Shown here piece by piece: positions 9,930 through 23,169 of a DNA stretch of 64,000 nt. Location: positions 496,001-560,000 of the forward strand of contig CDROCS010000840.1 of the NCBI GenBank assembly GCA_977020255.1, in the 5' to 3' direction. This DNA comes from Obrimoposthia wandeli (taxonomy: Eukaryota). Made by a program: the position numbers and the translations under genes. The notes below the pieces were generated by a model, which searched no databases, was not told the origin of the DNA, and worked only from the letters and a program-made list of their open reading frames with translations. How positions within the stretch are numbered: the stretch's first letter is position 1; every line of letters starts with the position of its first letter.

Positions 9930-10464
9930 TAGAATATGAGTCATCGATGAGTCATAGGATGAGTCATCGATGAGTCATCTTATGACCTGAGATTGACCTT
10001 AAATGACTTGTCCTCATGACGTCATGACCTTAACTTGACCTTAAAGTACATTGTCCTCATGACGTCATGACCTTAACTTGACATTAACTTGACTTGACCT
10101 CATGAGGTCATGACCTACATCTTGTCCTCACCGTGACCTTAACTTGTCCTTATGCTGTCATGTCCTCATCGTGACCTTAAGCTATGCTCAAAGGGGGGGG
10201 TATGCTCAAAATGTCTTTGTCCTGAAAGACTCACATCCCCGTACTGTATGTGTGTCTTTCAGGACAAAGACATTTTATCCTGAGCATAGGGGGGGTCATG
10301 ACCTCATGAGGTCATGACCTAGATTTTTTTCATGACCTCATGAGGTCAGGACCTACATCTTGACCTCACCGTGACCTTAACTTGACCTCAAAATTTTTGT
10401 CCTCAACTTGACCTGAGCTTGTCCTCAGGGGGGCTTTGTGCCAGAAGTCACACATCTACCTACT
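9930..10464. repeat. Putative right terminal inverted repeat / subterminal region of element A
   Basis: Dense TGAGTCA, TGACGTCA and TGACCT micro-repeats, G-runs, palindromes and a ~60-bp direct repeat, ending at ...CTACCTACT. The left TIR is not in the window, so TIR length cannot be fixed. Confidence 0.7.
10201..10288. repeat. Subterminal hairpin of element A
   Basis: 10208-10236 pairs with 10248-10276 (28/29 bp, 11-nt loop), plus outer TATGCTCA/TGAGCATA; flanked by G-runs. Confidence 0.9.
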
Positions 10465-13400
10465 GATGCACTCCATGCATTGGTTTCCAGTTATGTTAAG
10501 AAATATATGCAATGTGTTAATATGGGAGACAAACTAAACCATCTACAGATATTTGCTAACTTACTTAATGATAATATTTAAATATAATTTTATTTGTTAA
10601 TTTTTAAATTTTTTGATCGGTATATAAGTTGATGATTTTATAAAAAATTTATGGTAAAATTAAACCTGATCATAAAATATAAAAATTCATTAAAAAATTT
10701 AGCGAATTCACGTGGTAAAATTAATAAAAGAAACATTATTTACAATCAAAATGGATTCATAATGGCCATACTTCCCGTTATAGCATCTTTAATTGGTGGT
10801 CTTATAAGTTCAAGAAGTTAAAACTATGCAACAATGCAATTTTATTATATTTCTTAATAAAACTAATAACATTATATTAAGCCTATTCATCACTAAATTT
10901 TTTTTTAAATAATAACAATAATAAAATATATAATAACATTATGTTAAAATCAGCATACAAAGTAATATTAATAAAGAAAGAGAAACTTATATTGAATGTC
11001 GACTTATTATGTAAAGTAGATGCTCCCGATGTACCAGGGACCATTATTGTTGATGTTGATGTAGTTAACTGAGTTACATCAGGAATCATTACCGCGGATG
11101 CTAGTCTAAAACAATATTAAATATAATTAATTTTATTTAAAAAGAAACGAAATTGTAAATTAAATTTAATTGAAAATTCCAATTTATAATAAATATTATG
11201 ACAATTTAAATATTAATAATCATATAATATCTCAAATACTACAATTAAAATAAATTGTACCTATTTAAATTATGTTAGTTGCATCAATAACAAAAAATTA
11301 TAATAATATCAAATAATTACATTCTTTAGTTATATATATATATGCATATAAACAGATTAAAATATATTTAACTTTTATAAAAAATGGGAATAAACAATAC
11401 AAAGTTGTCTAATTTATTTATAAATTTCAATTATTCATGCTGTAATGGTATACAGGGTTAGAAAAATTGACAAAAAGAGTCAAACAATCGAAAACAAATA
11501 CACAAAAATGGTTAAGAAATGAATTATCATATAGTCTGAATAAACCTTTAAGGCGTAAATTCCCTACTATATCATATAAAACTAATGGTATTGATTTGTT
11601 ATAGCAGATGGATTTAATGGAAATGGTATTACTTCAGTAAATGAAGGATTTAAGTATATTTTAATACGTATTGATGTATTTAGTCGTTTTGCAAGGGCAG
11701 TTGGAGTTAAATCAAAATCAGGTATTGATTTATTACATTCAATAGAATCTTTATTAGTTGATGATGTACCAGTAAATATCCAAACTGATGAAGGTAAAGT
11801 ATTTTTTAATTCACATGTTAAGAAATTATTCAAAATTGAAAATATTAATCATTATTCAGTATATTCTCAATATAAAGCTGCAGTAGTTAAAATATGTAAT
11901 AGAACGTTAAGAAAACGGCTAAAGAAATAGTTTACTAAGCAAAGTAATAAGAAATTAATGAATGTATTACCAAAAATTATTTGTGCTTATAATAGTTCTA
12001 AACATAGAGGTTTAGATGATTTAAAACCTGTAGATGTAAATAATAAAAATGCATTTGAAATTTGGTTGAAACAAAATCCATAAGAAAAGAAAGTTAAATC
12101 TAAAATTTATGATTATGTTCGAATATCCAAAATAAGTACAAGTCCATTTATCAAAAAATTTAATCAAAATTGGAGTGATGAAGTTTTTCAAATTCATAAT
12201 ATTAATTATAAACAAAATCCAATAATATATATTTTAAAAGATATTGATAACGTCATCATCAAAGGAAAATTTTATAAACAAGAGTTACAATTAATTGATA
12301 AATCTAAACTATATCGAATACAAGAAATTTTAGAAACTAAATGTCGTGGTAAGAATAAACAATATTACGTAAAGAGGCATGGATACTCTGAACCTTCTTG
12401 GATATTTGCTTTTCAAATTGAATAATGTCAAAATATATTAATTTATCTAGTAACAGTTGTCCGACAACTCAACCTAGCACTACAGCCAATCAATTTATTG
12501 TAGATTGGGAAAACTCTCTAAATTTAGATGGTGAATGTTGTGGAAATTCGAAACTTTAGAAGAATCAAAAATTATAGGTTTTAATGAAATACAAAAAATG
12601 TCTAGTCATATGATGAAATTGTTGGCATAAATAAAAATATTCATGCTAAAATGAGAATTACAATTTATTCTTTAGCTGAATATGAATACGAAGTAAAATT
12701 TGATCAAAATTATTTGATACAAGATAGTTCTTCATTATGTAATATTATAGCCAGTAAATGCAAAGAGGTTTTAAAATCTGTATTATAGATTCAAATGGAT
12801 TATTTGATATTGTAATAAAGAAAAATGTAAAATCAGTTTTATTTGACGAAAAACTAGCTTCTTTATTAGGTTTAAATAATGTTTTCTTTGAGAAACGAAT
12901 TAAAGGTTTTCAAGAACCAAAACTTTCTAGTTCATATAATCAAATGTATATTTATACTAGTTTAACAGATTCTGTCTTAGTAGGATCTGATTATGTTCCA
13001 CTGTTAAAGTCTATTGGGTTAAAATTATTAAAATAACGATATGGAGATGTAGTACATGTTAAAATTATAATTACGTAAAGTATAAACAAGATAAATATAT
13101 TTAAAATATAAAAATGAATACATTAATTATAAAATTTTATAGCAAAAGTTAACAGGGCGGCGAACTTCCTTATTTCATTGTTAAACAATATGGCTCTGGT
13201 TGGTTACAAACTATTTCTAGATTTGCTATTCCATTCATTAAAAATGTTGGTTTAGCAGCTGCTAATGTATTTGGCGAAACGGCATGAACTGCGTTAACAA
13301 ATCCAAAAAACTTAATTTCATCTCTCAAAGAAAATACAGTCAAAGAAGTCAAAACTTTGACTCCAAAATTAAAAAATAATGTTTTTGAGAGTTTAAATAA

Positions 13401-14580
13401 AGTCACAAATTGTGTTGAACAAAATGGAAAGAGTCTTAAACGTAAAAGAAATAATTTAAATAGTATAAACAAACGTCTTAAAGGTACTTTTTTCCAAAAT
13501 TTCTAGTGTAAAATCTGAATTGTGTATTTTTGATAGACCATTACCTCAAGTAGTGATTGAAAATTCAAGTTTTGAAGAAATATTTCCAATCAATTCAATT
13601 ACTGAAAATTTAAATGACATAGAATTTAATATTCATGCATCTGAAGAAGATTATCTGGATTTGAATGATACTTTGATAAATATTAAATTAAAAATTGTAA
13701 ATGAAGTTGGTACTGATTTAATGAAAGATAGCGATGTAACTCCATAGAATTACATGTTTCAAACTCTGTTTAGAGATGTTATTCTAACATTTAATAATGT
13801 AAAGATTGAAGGAGGTAATGAATCGTATACTCATACGGCTATATTCGATACTCTTTTGAATTTTAGTAGTGATACCAAGTATACTAACCTTGAATGCCCT
13901 GGGTATGATGATGATGCAGAAATTCGTAAACAATGGATTAGTGAATCTAAAATATTTTCATTGTAAAATTCAATTTGATTAGATTTCTTTGATCAACCAA
14001 AATATTTAATTCCATGGATTTATATTCATTTGAGATTTATGAGAAATCAGCATAATTTTTCGCTCTATTCAGAAACTTCAAAACCAATTCTTAAAATTCT
14101 AGATGTCAGATTGTATGTTAGACGAGTTAAAGTTGATGCTTCAATAATGATTGGACATCAGTTAGGTTTGCAAAGTCAGAATGCAGTTTACCCAGTTAGA
14201 AAAACTCAGCTAGTAACATATTGAATTCCTTAGGGTTCTTTGGAACTTAATAAAGATTAAATATTTGAAGATTATAGTTTACCAAAGTTCATATTGATTG
14301 CTTTCAAAGCTACACTTCAGGGTGGTAAGGAATATAAAGTTACATCTTCTATGTTAAATACATTTAATACATTTAAGGTTTCAACAATATAATTAATTAT
14401 AAATACTGATTATCGAGAGACTTATAATCTAAATAATTTTAAAAAATTCATTAGCATATATGCAGTAAATTATTCGAAATATGAATCTTTTAGATAAAAA
14501 CTTGAATAATGGTATCAGATTATCTGATTTAAAATCAGGAAGTTCAATTTTTACTTTTCTATTAGTACCAGATTTTTTTA
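10465..14580 (+). mobile_element. Decayed Polinton family B fragment, copy 1 (pX-like, integrase, minor capsid, core, major capsid remnants)
   Basis: NQNGFIMAILPVIASLIGG (~10750), IDVFSRFA and chromodomain KRHGYSEPSW (~11670-12420), QMYIYTSLTDS..VG, QYGSGWLQTISRF, KSELCIFDRPLPQ...LDLND...LFRDV, FTFLLVPDF; many stops and frameshifts. Confidence 0.88.
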
Positions 14581-15666
14581 CGATTGTAAATGGACTAATG
14601 GATTCCTTTCAAAGATCTCCATTTTTCCCAGATTGTCAGGTTATCACCGAGCAATTTTCACTTATTCAATAAATTAATTTTCGGGGTTTATCTTCTTTTT
14701 TCGGGCGTTTTCACATTGTTTTCCATATTTTTATACGTCTTTCTAATGACCTTTTCAATGTCTTCATTTTTTCAAACTCATATTTTAATTAATTTTATTA
14801 TTTTTAAAATATTTATTAATTTTCTATCAACCTTGAATGTTTTTAAGGTTAATTTCCTACTATAAATAATTCTTATTATTTATTTTATTTTCACTTTTCC
14901 TAATTTAACAATAGTCCCTTAAAATTTTATATCAGATTAAGGTAAGAATTTATTTTTGACCAATCCAAAATGGAAATATTATTAGCTTTTAATCATTATT
15001 CTAAAGATTTTGATATTTGTATGGTGAAATTGTCATGTTATATCTTATTTTCATTAAATATTTCAAAACTTACATAAAACAATATATTCAATATTAATGT
15101 AAATCCATCACAATCAATTGAAATTCTCAAAGTTTAAGTAACATTTGCAGAATAAACATTCTCAACAAAAGGGCAAGAACAATATCTTTTTTGAACGTCA
15201 TGGAAAATTTCAAAAATATGAAATCAGGAAATAAACATGAATCAAAAGGTTAATAAAGCCTCTTGTGAATTAGTTAGATATCTCAAAAGAACAGATTTAT
15301 TTCAGTTTCTTCTATTTATTTCTATACTCAGAAACATGGAGGCTTTCAAATGCAAAATTAAAACTATCCATTTAATTCACTACTAGTACATATAGTAAAC
15401 TTTTAAATTCAATAAAGAAGCATAATTTACAATTTACAAAATTATGTAATATAAAATGTTCAAATTACAATGTTACAAAATATTTAATAATTTCATCTGA
15501 TTCTATACTAAAAAACATAATAAATACTTGCACGATAATGTATTAATAAATAATTTTCATGTTTATAATCTTGTTATAACCAATTAAGTTTGATAATATT
15601 TTGGCGTGTATTTAAGTATCGTAAGTTTCAATTTTCGCGGATTGTTATTTTCATTTTCGTTTTAAG

Positions 15667-15956
15667 ATGTCTGCAAAACCCCAATTAAAATATCTTGGTG
15701 CTAGTTATCGGAAGAAAAGTGTTGCCGTGGCGTTGGTAATAAGTTTTTTTGCGGCGGGTAATTTTTGGTATTTTCATCATATGAAGAAAATGCAAGCTTA
15801 TGAAGATTTTTACAAGTACATTTTCACATTTTGGCATTTTGAATAATTTGTTATAGAAATTATGAACCTGAAAAGGCAAGAAAACGTCTTATTGAGTCTG
15901 GTATTTTAAACTCCTATGATAGAGACGGTCGATTCAGAATTGAAAAATTTCAATGA
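15667..15956 (+). CDS. COX6C: Cytochrome c oxidase subunit 6C-like host gene, exons 15667-15815 and 15857-15956 (82 aa)
   Basis: MSAKPQLKYLG...single TM segment...KKMQAYEDFYK/NYEPEKARKRLIESGILNS matches the COX6C KPQ..L...AYADFYRNYD......M...GIF.S pattern. A 41-nt GT-AG intron restores the frame. Confidence 0.78.
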
Positions 15957-18939
15957 TTTAACTGAAGATTGTTGTATTCTAGTTTAAAAATATTTAGGGG
16001 TTTGAGTGTTTTTATTTCCTCATCTTATAAACTATTAATAATTACAGTAATGTTTAATTTTTAAAATACAAGTCGAAAATTGAGTTAATATTTTACAGTA
16101 TATGATAAAAGAAATTTCAGTCAAGTTTATATTTTTGGCATTTTTATGTTAAAAACTGTTTTGTTGGCTTAGTTATATAAATAAATAACTTCAATTTGAA
16201 CCTCTACATACATCTGTCATTACTTTGTGGACAGGAGATTGACCATCGGAATGTTCTCAAAAATGTATAAACTTTAAATAAAACAGTTATTCTGTCATTG
16301 AAATATGAAAACTTGTTTGAATCAAAAAGTTACGTATCCGAGTCTTCATTGTAGGAAGGTCTGGATAATTCCATGAGTCCTTGTATATACTGAAAAAATC
16401 TTTGAGTTTCTTCACTCAATTCAGCGCAGAGGAGTGATTGCATAAGATTGTTGACACTGAAACAGCGCCTACTGGCGACACAACACAGGTAATGTATGGT
16501 CCACAAACATAAATAAACTATAAGAAGTAACACGTGCCATGTATGAGAATATTTTATCCACGCCAAGAGTTGTAAGCCATTTCACATGTGCTGTTCTTGG
16601 TCTTCATTTAGTAGACATTTGTCGATTAAAGCAATAGGGTAAACCAATCACTTAACATGATTACTTTTTGCGTCATGTAAGCAACTACTTCTAATCCTTT
16701 TTTGTTGCAGCTTGTATAACTGATTAAGTGTATTACGTCTCCAATACAGACCGTCCGTATGTGCTAAATTTAGAATTGACGGAGATTTCAGGCATCAATG
16801 GTTGCTTTTCAAATTAGAGAAATCAGGCGACTTAAACTCTTTACGTTCATATAGAATCGCTAAATGATTGATAGGGTGATCAATTGCTTCATGAAGTAAC
16901 TGCTGACTTGTTTTGAGAAAATTTACTTCCAAAAATGCAACCGTGATACACTGATTGATGAAATGAGTAGCACATCAAAATGAAGACTACACTCAGTAAC
17001 ATTGAATTCCATAGATATAAAGTTGAATTCCATAACCTATAGTAAAATGTAATTAATAATTAACACACTAATAAAAACTTACCATTCAGCATAAATGAAT
17101 AACATGTTGCAAATTCAATTCCATAAAAATATGGACGCATACATACACTAACATGTATGACTAGAAAAAAGTTGGTATGTGATTTTAATACATAGGACAA
17201 TGAAACAAAATGAATACCATAAAAGAAAACAACCTAAACTCAGATTTTTGTGTGTTATTTGACGTTTAGAACGAATTTATGGGCATGAAAAGGTAATTTT
17301 GAATTTTTAAACATAAATATGGCAGGAAATGAATTAGAAATATTCTCATTTTGTGAAAAAATGTTAGGTTTAGGGTATTTTTTACTTAGGTCAATGATTT
17401 TACGTACTCTTTAGAGGATAAACCAATACTAGTGGAATTGGGAGGAATATTTAACGACAATTTAAAAAAATTAACTATTTTCAAGATTTTTCGTATTCAA
17501 TCATATCCAAACAAGATTGTAAGAGGTCCGCGAGGCAGATCAAAGCCCAAAATCACAGCGGCAGCATGAAACTTGCAAATGACATAAATCTTGGTGAACT
17601 TTCAAGAAGCTCAGTCAATCCAGTGTACGCCAATGACTATGTATGTACAATGTACATCCTGTATGGAAAATGGTTAGTTTCTAACTTAACAGGTACACAG
17701 AAAGAAAATTACCAAGATTACTAAAAGTATATAAGAAAGATGTTGGAAAAAAGTTATATAAAATAAGTGTTTACTATCCAATTAATAAATAACTCACTTT
17801 GTTACTTCTGCCTTTAATTTGACTTGACAATTTTCATAAAATAAATCCAAAATATTCAAATAATAATAGCAGCATATCCAGCTTGCAGCCAACTTTTGGC
17901 CATCTTGTAGCCATTTAACATCCAGTCATTGGTATTCAGCTTTACAATTGAGCCAACCAATTTGATTGGGTGTATTATGGTGTTCATCATGCAATATTTT
18001 TGTTGATTTGCGCTTCGTTGTTTTATTTTATTTAAATTAACGAAATCGTGGACAGAAACATGTGTTAAAATAAAATCTCGTATAAACTCTGATTAGAGGG
18101 AATATTTAGTAAAAGTGTCATCGCTGAAATATGACATTTATACGTAGTGATATTATTATATTCGTTGATAACTAATTACGCACAACTGTTACGATGTTCT
18201 TGAAAAGTAAGCTGTCGTATTTCTTCGCCCAGAACCCTTAATTTATTGTTTATTTCCTGGCTACGTAGTTGTTTGAAATTGAATCTTTTATATACAATTG
18301 GGTCCTCAAAAAATTAAGGAGCAGAAAATATCAAGTGCTTGTCAATCTTAAAATACTCATTCGTTTATCGCCGTTTTTAGGTTTAGATGTTTGTACAGAA
18401 AATTGCCATTGTGATGTTTGAGTCATAGCACGTGAAATGAGAGTTCAGTAACGGACGCTTCAACAATTTGTTCCATATTCCAGTTTATTGTAACTGAACA
18501 ATAACATTCATATATAATAGAAGATAAATAACAAAGAAGTGAGCGTATTATGTCGATGAAGGGGTTAAGCGAATTAGTACTTCATCTGATATCTAGTCCA
18601 TTGTACAATAAACTTAATGAAATTTTATTCGATTCTTTACATTAAATGTTAATTCAATATATTAGGAATTGAAAATTTAAACTGACCACTCAATTCTCGA
18701 GGCATGTAAACATTTGGACTACTATATTTGTGTTGTATTTTAACAAATTTAGATATAAATTTAAGTTTCAAAATTGAATTATATGTTTGTACGGTTGTTT
18801 GTGTGACTTAGCCAATTTTAAAATTTAACAATCTACACAAATGTATATATTGATAAATAGAAAATCAGTGCTTACAAATCTTTATAGACTAAACAATTTC
18901 TTAATATTTTCTGTCAGTTCAAAAAAAACACAAAATCTT

Positions 18940-19270
18940 GTAAAACCTGTTATTCTCGTAGGCCCGTTCTATTGGAATAGAATTATATTTAGCGATGAAA
19001 GGAGAATTTGTTTAAATGAGTTAGATGGCTACAATTATTATTGGATGCTCCTAGGGAACAGAAACTTATAAATTACGAATTGGTCACTTGGGATCATGGT
19101 TTGGGGTAGTATTTCATACAATGGAGAATGCGAGTTAGCTTTTATTTATTAACATTATAATGCCTGATTTCATGTTTCATCACAATCATTAACGTGGATA
19201 AATTCAACAAACTTTGAAGTAATTTTATGGCCAGCTTTATAACCAGATATGATTATAACATAAACGTTGC
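18940..19270 (+). pseudogene. Tc1/mariner transposase remnant
   Basis: WNRIIFSDERRICLNELDGYNYYW...IMVWGSISYNG...WPAL*PDM matches the Tc1/Tc3 FSDEK.F.LDGPDG, VMVWG and WP..SPDLNPIE motifs. Confidence 0.8.
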
Positions 19271-20203
19271 ATAATGACAGATAATGTAAATCGATATAAA
19301 AGTTCATATTTCATTAAAAAATAACTACTAAGCTCTATTTAATATTACAGTTTTTTTTCTGAATAGACTTTTATAATTGATATTGCATCTTGGATCATTT
19401 TTGAGTAAATAAATATATATATTAGTGTATACTTTAATATCTTTATTACTAGAATGAATAACTTTGGGGATAAATCACTTAGAAACACTAATAAACAACT
19501 AAAATAAGTTTTTGACGAATATTTAAACTAAAGTTTCAGATAGTTATCATATAATTACCTAGTTTATAATTTATGAAATAAATACAAAAATAGCTGTATT
19601 ACAGAATTATCGCACAAAAATAGGTGGCTAAATCTTTTTGAATCTAAGTTTTAATCAACTGATTGATGACCTCTAGTCATATAAACTGATCATTAGTGTC
19701 TAGGGTTTTCCGCCTCAAGGCATTATTTCAAATTTAGACACTCAAACAAGTAGTTACGATTCATTTACACCTATTACTGACTTTTTGGATATGATTAAAC
19801 AAGTCATTTTTGATTAGCTATGTATATTTAGAATATAACTTTTAATGTTATATTATTTTCTGGAAATGTTTATTCGTTTACTGTTAGATACATTTTTTAT
19901 AATTGAATTTAATCGACTGACTTAATAATCATTTGTTAAATAATTTTGTTAATGTAAGGATAAAAAATTTAAATAGTTGAAGAAACTCATGTTTTTTAAC
20001 ATTTTTGCACAAGTCAAATATAGTTGCTTATTTTATAAATTATAAATTTTTTTTTTCCGATCTCAATTAAAATAAAAGCGAATATACAAGACACTGGATA
20101 ATTTTAGGAACATAAAAGTTTATAGTTATAAATAGACTTTTTTAAATTGAGGAAGCACGTTATTTAATCTATATTTGTTTTTAAAATGTTATAAATTTTT
20201 TGA

Positions 20204-20608
20204 ATGATCTTTGAAAAGAAGTTGTTGAAGGCCATCAATGAATTGATACGGGAAACTCCAAAAATAGAGGAAACCCCAGAATTATATCGCAGCTTCGGTT
20301 TATGGCGAATAGGAGAGGAAGAATGGGAAAGATCGCTAAGTCGTCAGTTGTGCAACTTGTTGTCCCAGAATAGGAGAACCAAGAAGCGCTATGCCAGCTA
20401 TTGTGAGCAACTGACAGCTCTGGTTAGATGTAAGATTCGTGAAGATCAGTTGATGTTGGAGACCGAACTGCTGATGGTGATCAGACGACGACGACACACT
20501 GTACAGGGTCCTGACAGCTTTAATATGGGATTCTCATCCAGCGGCAGACCAATAAGACGGCGGCACAACTGGACTTGCAAATTGACATGTTGCTCCGGTC
20601 ATAGCTGA
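20204..20608 (+). CDS. Orphan 134-aa ORF, GC-richer than its flanks
   Basis: Open frame within very AT-rich DNA; no family recognised. Confidence 0.25.
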   Translation: MIFEKKLLKAINELIRETPKIEETPELYRSFGLWRIGEEEWERSLSRQLCNLLSQNRRTKKRYASYCEQLTALVRCKIREDQLMLETELLMVIRRRRHTVQGPDSFNMGFSSSGRPIRRRHNWTCKLTCCSGHS

Positions 20609-21470
20609 GATTCGATTGCTGAGCAATTTAATTAATTTCAATCAGAACTTCAATATATTTAATTCAAAAAATTACCTCTAAACGTTTACTTGTCTGTCAT
20701 TAACACAGAAAGTGTTATCATATAGAAATATTATGTAGTAGTCTACTTACCCATTAACTAATACGAAAGCAAATTGTTAGATACTAACTTATGCTAAAAT
20801 TATTGAATTCGGTCGTAATATGCTGATAAAATTCTTCAAATTCAGTTTTATTAAATGTTCAATACCAAATATGTCTTCATTCGATCTAATTAATTTCCGT
20901 AATTTGAACTTTCTATTTCAATGGCAATCAAATATCAAATATGCCTTCCATTCCGTAGATTTTGAATTATTTCATCATATTAATTTATTAGATAATTGTG
21001 TTAAGATGCTTTTCCTGAAAACTTAAACGACTTTATATTGAATCGATTTTTAAGTTTAAATACACTGATGGATGGCTTGCTTAATACTCACAAACATTTA
21101 ATTTCTCCTCTAAGAGCTTACTCTTTTTTTCTCGCTCCACTAAACCAAAGATATTCAACAGTGGATTATAACGTATATTGAAGTTAATAAAAACATTATG
21201 AAATTCAAAAATAATTTTGTTTTTTTATGAGGCTATTTAATGATTTAATTAAATTTTACGACTTAATAAAAAAAACGAATATTAAATTGATATTTTCAAT
21301 AAGATTTACACGTCGACATAATTAAGTTTACAAACAATTCATAGATCGTATGATCTTTAATTACTAAATATTCTATTGGTAAAATTAGTTATACAAACCA
21401 TTCATAATTTTTTATTGAAATATTTTTTTAAAATAAACTATAATGATTTATATAACCTTCTTGTGATTCA

Positions 21471-22007
21471 AATCAGGAGTCGAGTTTTCACTGTCCAAAA
21501 TTTATGTTAAATCTGGCAATGGAAAATAATTTAAAATATTACATTAGTCATATGTTGTGTTTTATAATTATTTAATTTTCTTTTTAATCTTTTAGTTTTA
21601 TTAAAAAAATATTGTTTAGAACGGAATATCTTCTTAAGCTTTCTGTTATATCAAATGCAAATAGTTTTATTAGAATTGTCTAGTATGAGTATATGTTTTA
21701 ATTGTGTTTATTTATAAAGATGTTTTGAAATCTATATAATGGAAATTTAGAAAATATATATTATTTTAGATCAAATTAAGGGTAATGTCTACTTTGGAAA
21801 GGAATATCTCCTTAAGTTTTCTGTTATATCAAATGCAAATAGTTTTATTAGAATTGGCTAGTATGAGACAAGTGTCTCTGAGCATCATATGTTTTAAATG
21901 TGTTTATTTCTAAAGATATTTTATTATCTATATATTATTTTTTGTTATTTAATCATGTGATTTTATTTATACTGAAAATTTGGACACTAAAAACTCGAGT
22001 CCTGATT
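21471..22007. mobile_element. MITE-like element with ~33-bp imperfect TIRs and an internal tandem duplication
   Basis: AATCAGGAGTCGAGTTTTCACTGTCCAAAATTT vs the reverse complement of 21975-22007. Internal GGAATATC...TATCAAATGCAAATAGTTTTATTAGAATTG block duplicated at ~21623 and ~21801. Confidence 0.65.
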
Positions 22008-23169
22008 AAAATTTTTTAAATTTAAGTTTTAAAAAATTTGAATATCAATTTATAAAGTATAACTAAATATATTTCCATCTTTTCAGCTAAATAAATTACA
22101 ATGCATGTTTTGTTAATAAATTAACAATAAGCATTTTAAACAACACTAATTTAGGATAAAAGTAGTTTATACATATTTTTATTAAAAAGCTGTTCTACTT
22201 ATATTAGGATATCCCATTTGGTATTTGTACTTTTTCACTTTTAAATTAAAGAAAACTTAATTCAAAATATAAACCATTGGGTTCAATAGTTTCCTGTCAG
22301 TGCATGACTCATTTTAAAATACATTCTTTATACAAACTCGAATCATTAGAATAAAATAAATCTTGGACTCATATTTTTACATATTCTACATCAAAAAATC
22401 TTTTTTTCAGAAAGTAAACCATATACCTAAACTTTCATTAACCGTTTGAATTTATTGATTATTCCGAAGAAAGACACTCAAAATAAATAAAGCCTTCATA
22501 ATTTCACTACGCAAATAAAATAGACTTATTTTCAAATCTGCCAACATTTGTTGTCGGTTCTGCTACTGTCCTTTATCGACCCATTGATTTCGTGCATCTG
22601 GATAACGGTGATAAATCCATTCAATAACACACACAAAAATCATTAGAAAAATTGAGCAGTTGCGTACCAAACCAAGATGAATTGGAGTGAATTTTCACCA
22701 GACGAGAGATCCGCAAAAGGAAAAAATTCGCAATTGGAGCAGGAAACCAGTGGGTTAATTTAAGTAATTCGGAGTATTGTTTCGAAGATAAATTAAGTAC
22801 ACAGTTATTCGAAGTATTGAGGGAAAACCTTACACTATCAGAAGCTTAGAATACCCACAGAGGTCACAGAAGTCATGAAACGTACAATACTAGGAATTGT
22901 ACTAGTTGCGCAAGCTACAACGATTGAAGCCAGTTATATGATCATTATAAACAAGTAGAGACAAGCAGAGTTATGTGCAATACATATAGAAATACGTAGA
23001 CTTAAAAGAAATCATAACTACTAAATAATATATACATAATGCCTCAGATGGGAATACTCTAAGGTTCCTGGCATGAACAGTGAATTGAAACATGTGAACC
23101 TAAATATATGTCAAAGCATTCATCACATAACGAGTGTCCACAGCCTTCTATCTTTGTATTTAGAGCTTC

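Larger units (their letters stand above)
1..10464 (+). mobile_element. Polinton/Maverick (adintovirus-like) element A, right part; left end lies outside the window
   Basis: Co-oriented ATPase end, rve integrase, capsid proteins, adenain-type protease and protein-primed PolB. Ends in a repeat-rich region and ...CACACATCTACCTACT at 10464 (reverse complement AGTAGGTAG..., an AG-type Polinton terminus). Confidence 0.95.

Noticed and set aside
14600-15420. MULE/SWIM transposase remnant (YCSCPF)
   Set aside because: Single short motif in heavily interrupted frames; insufficient.
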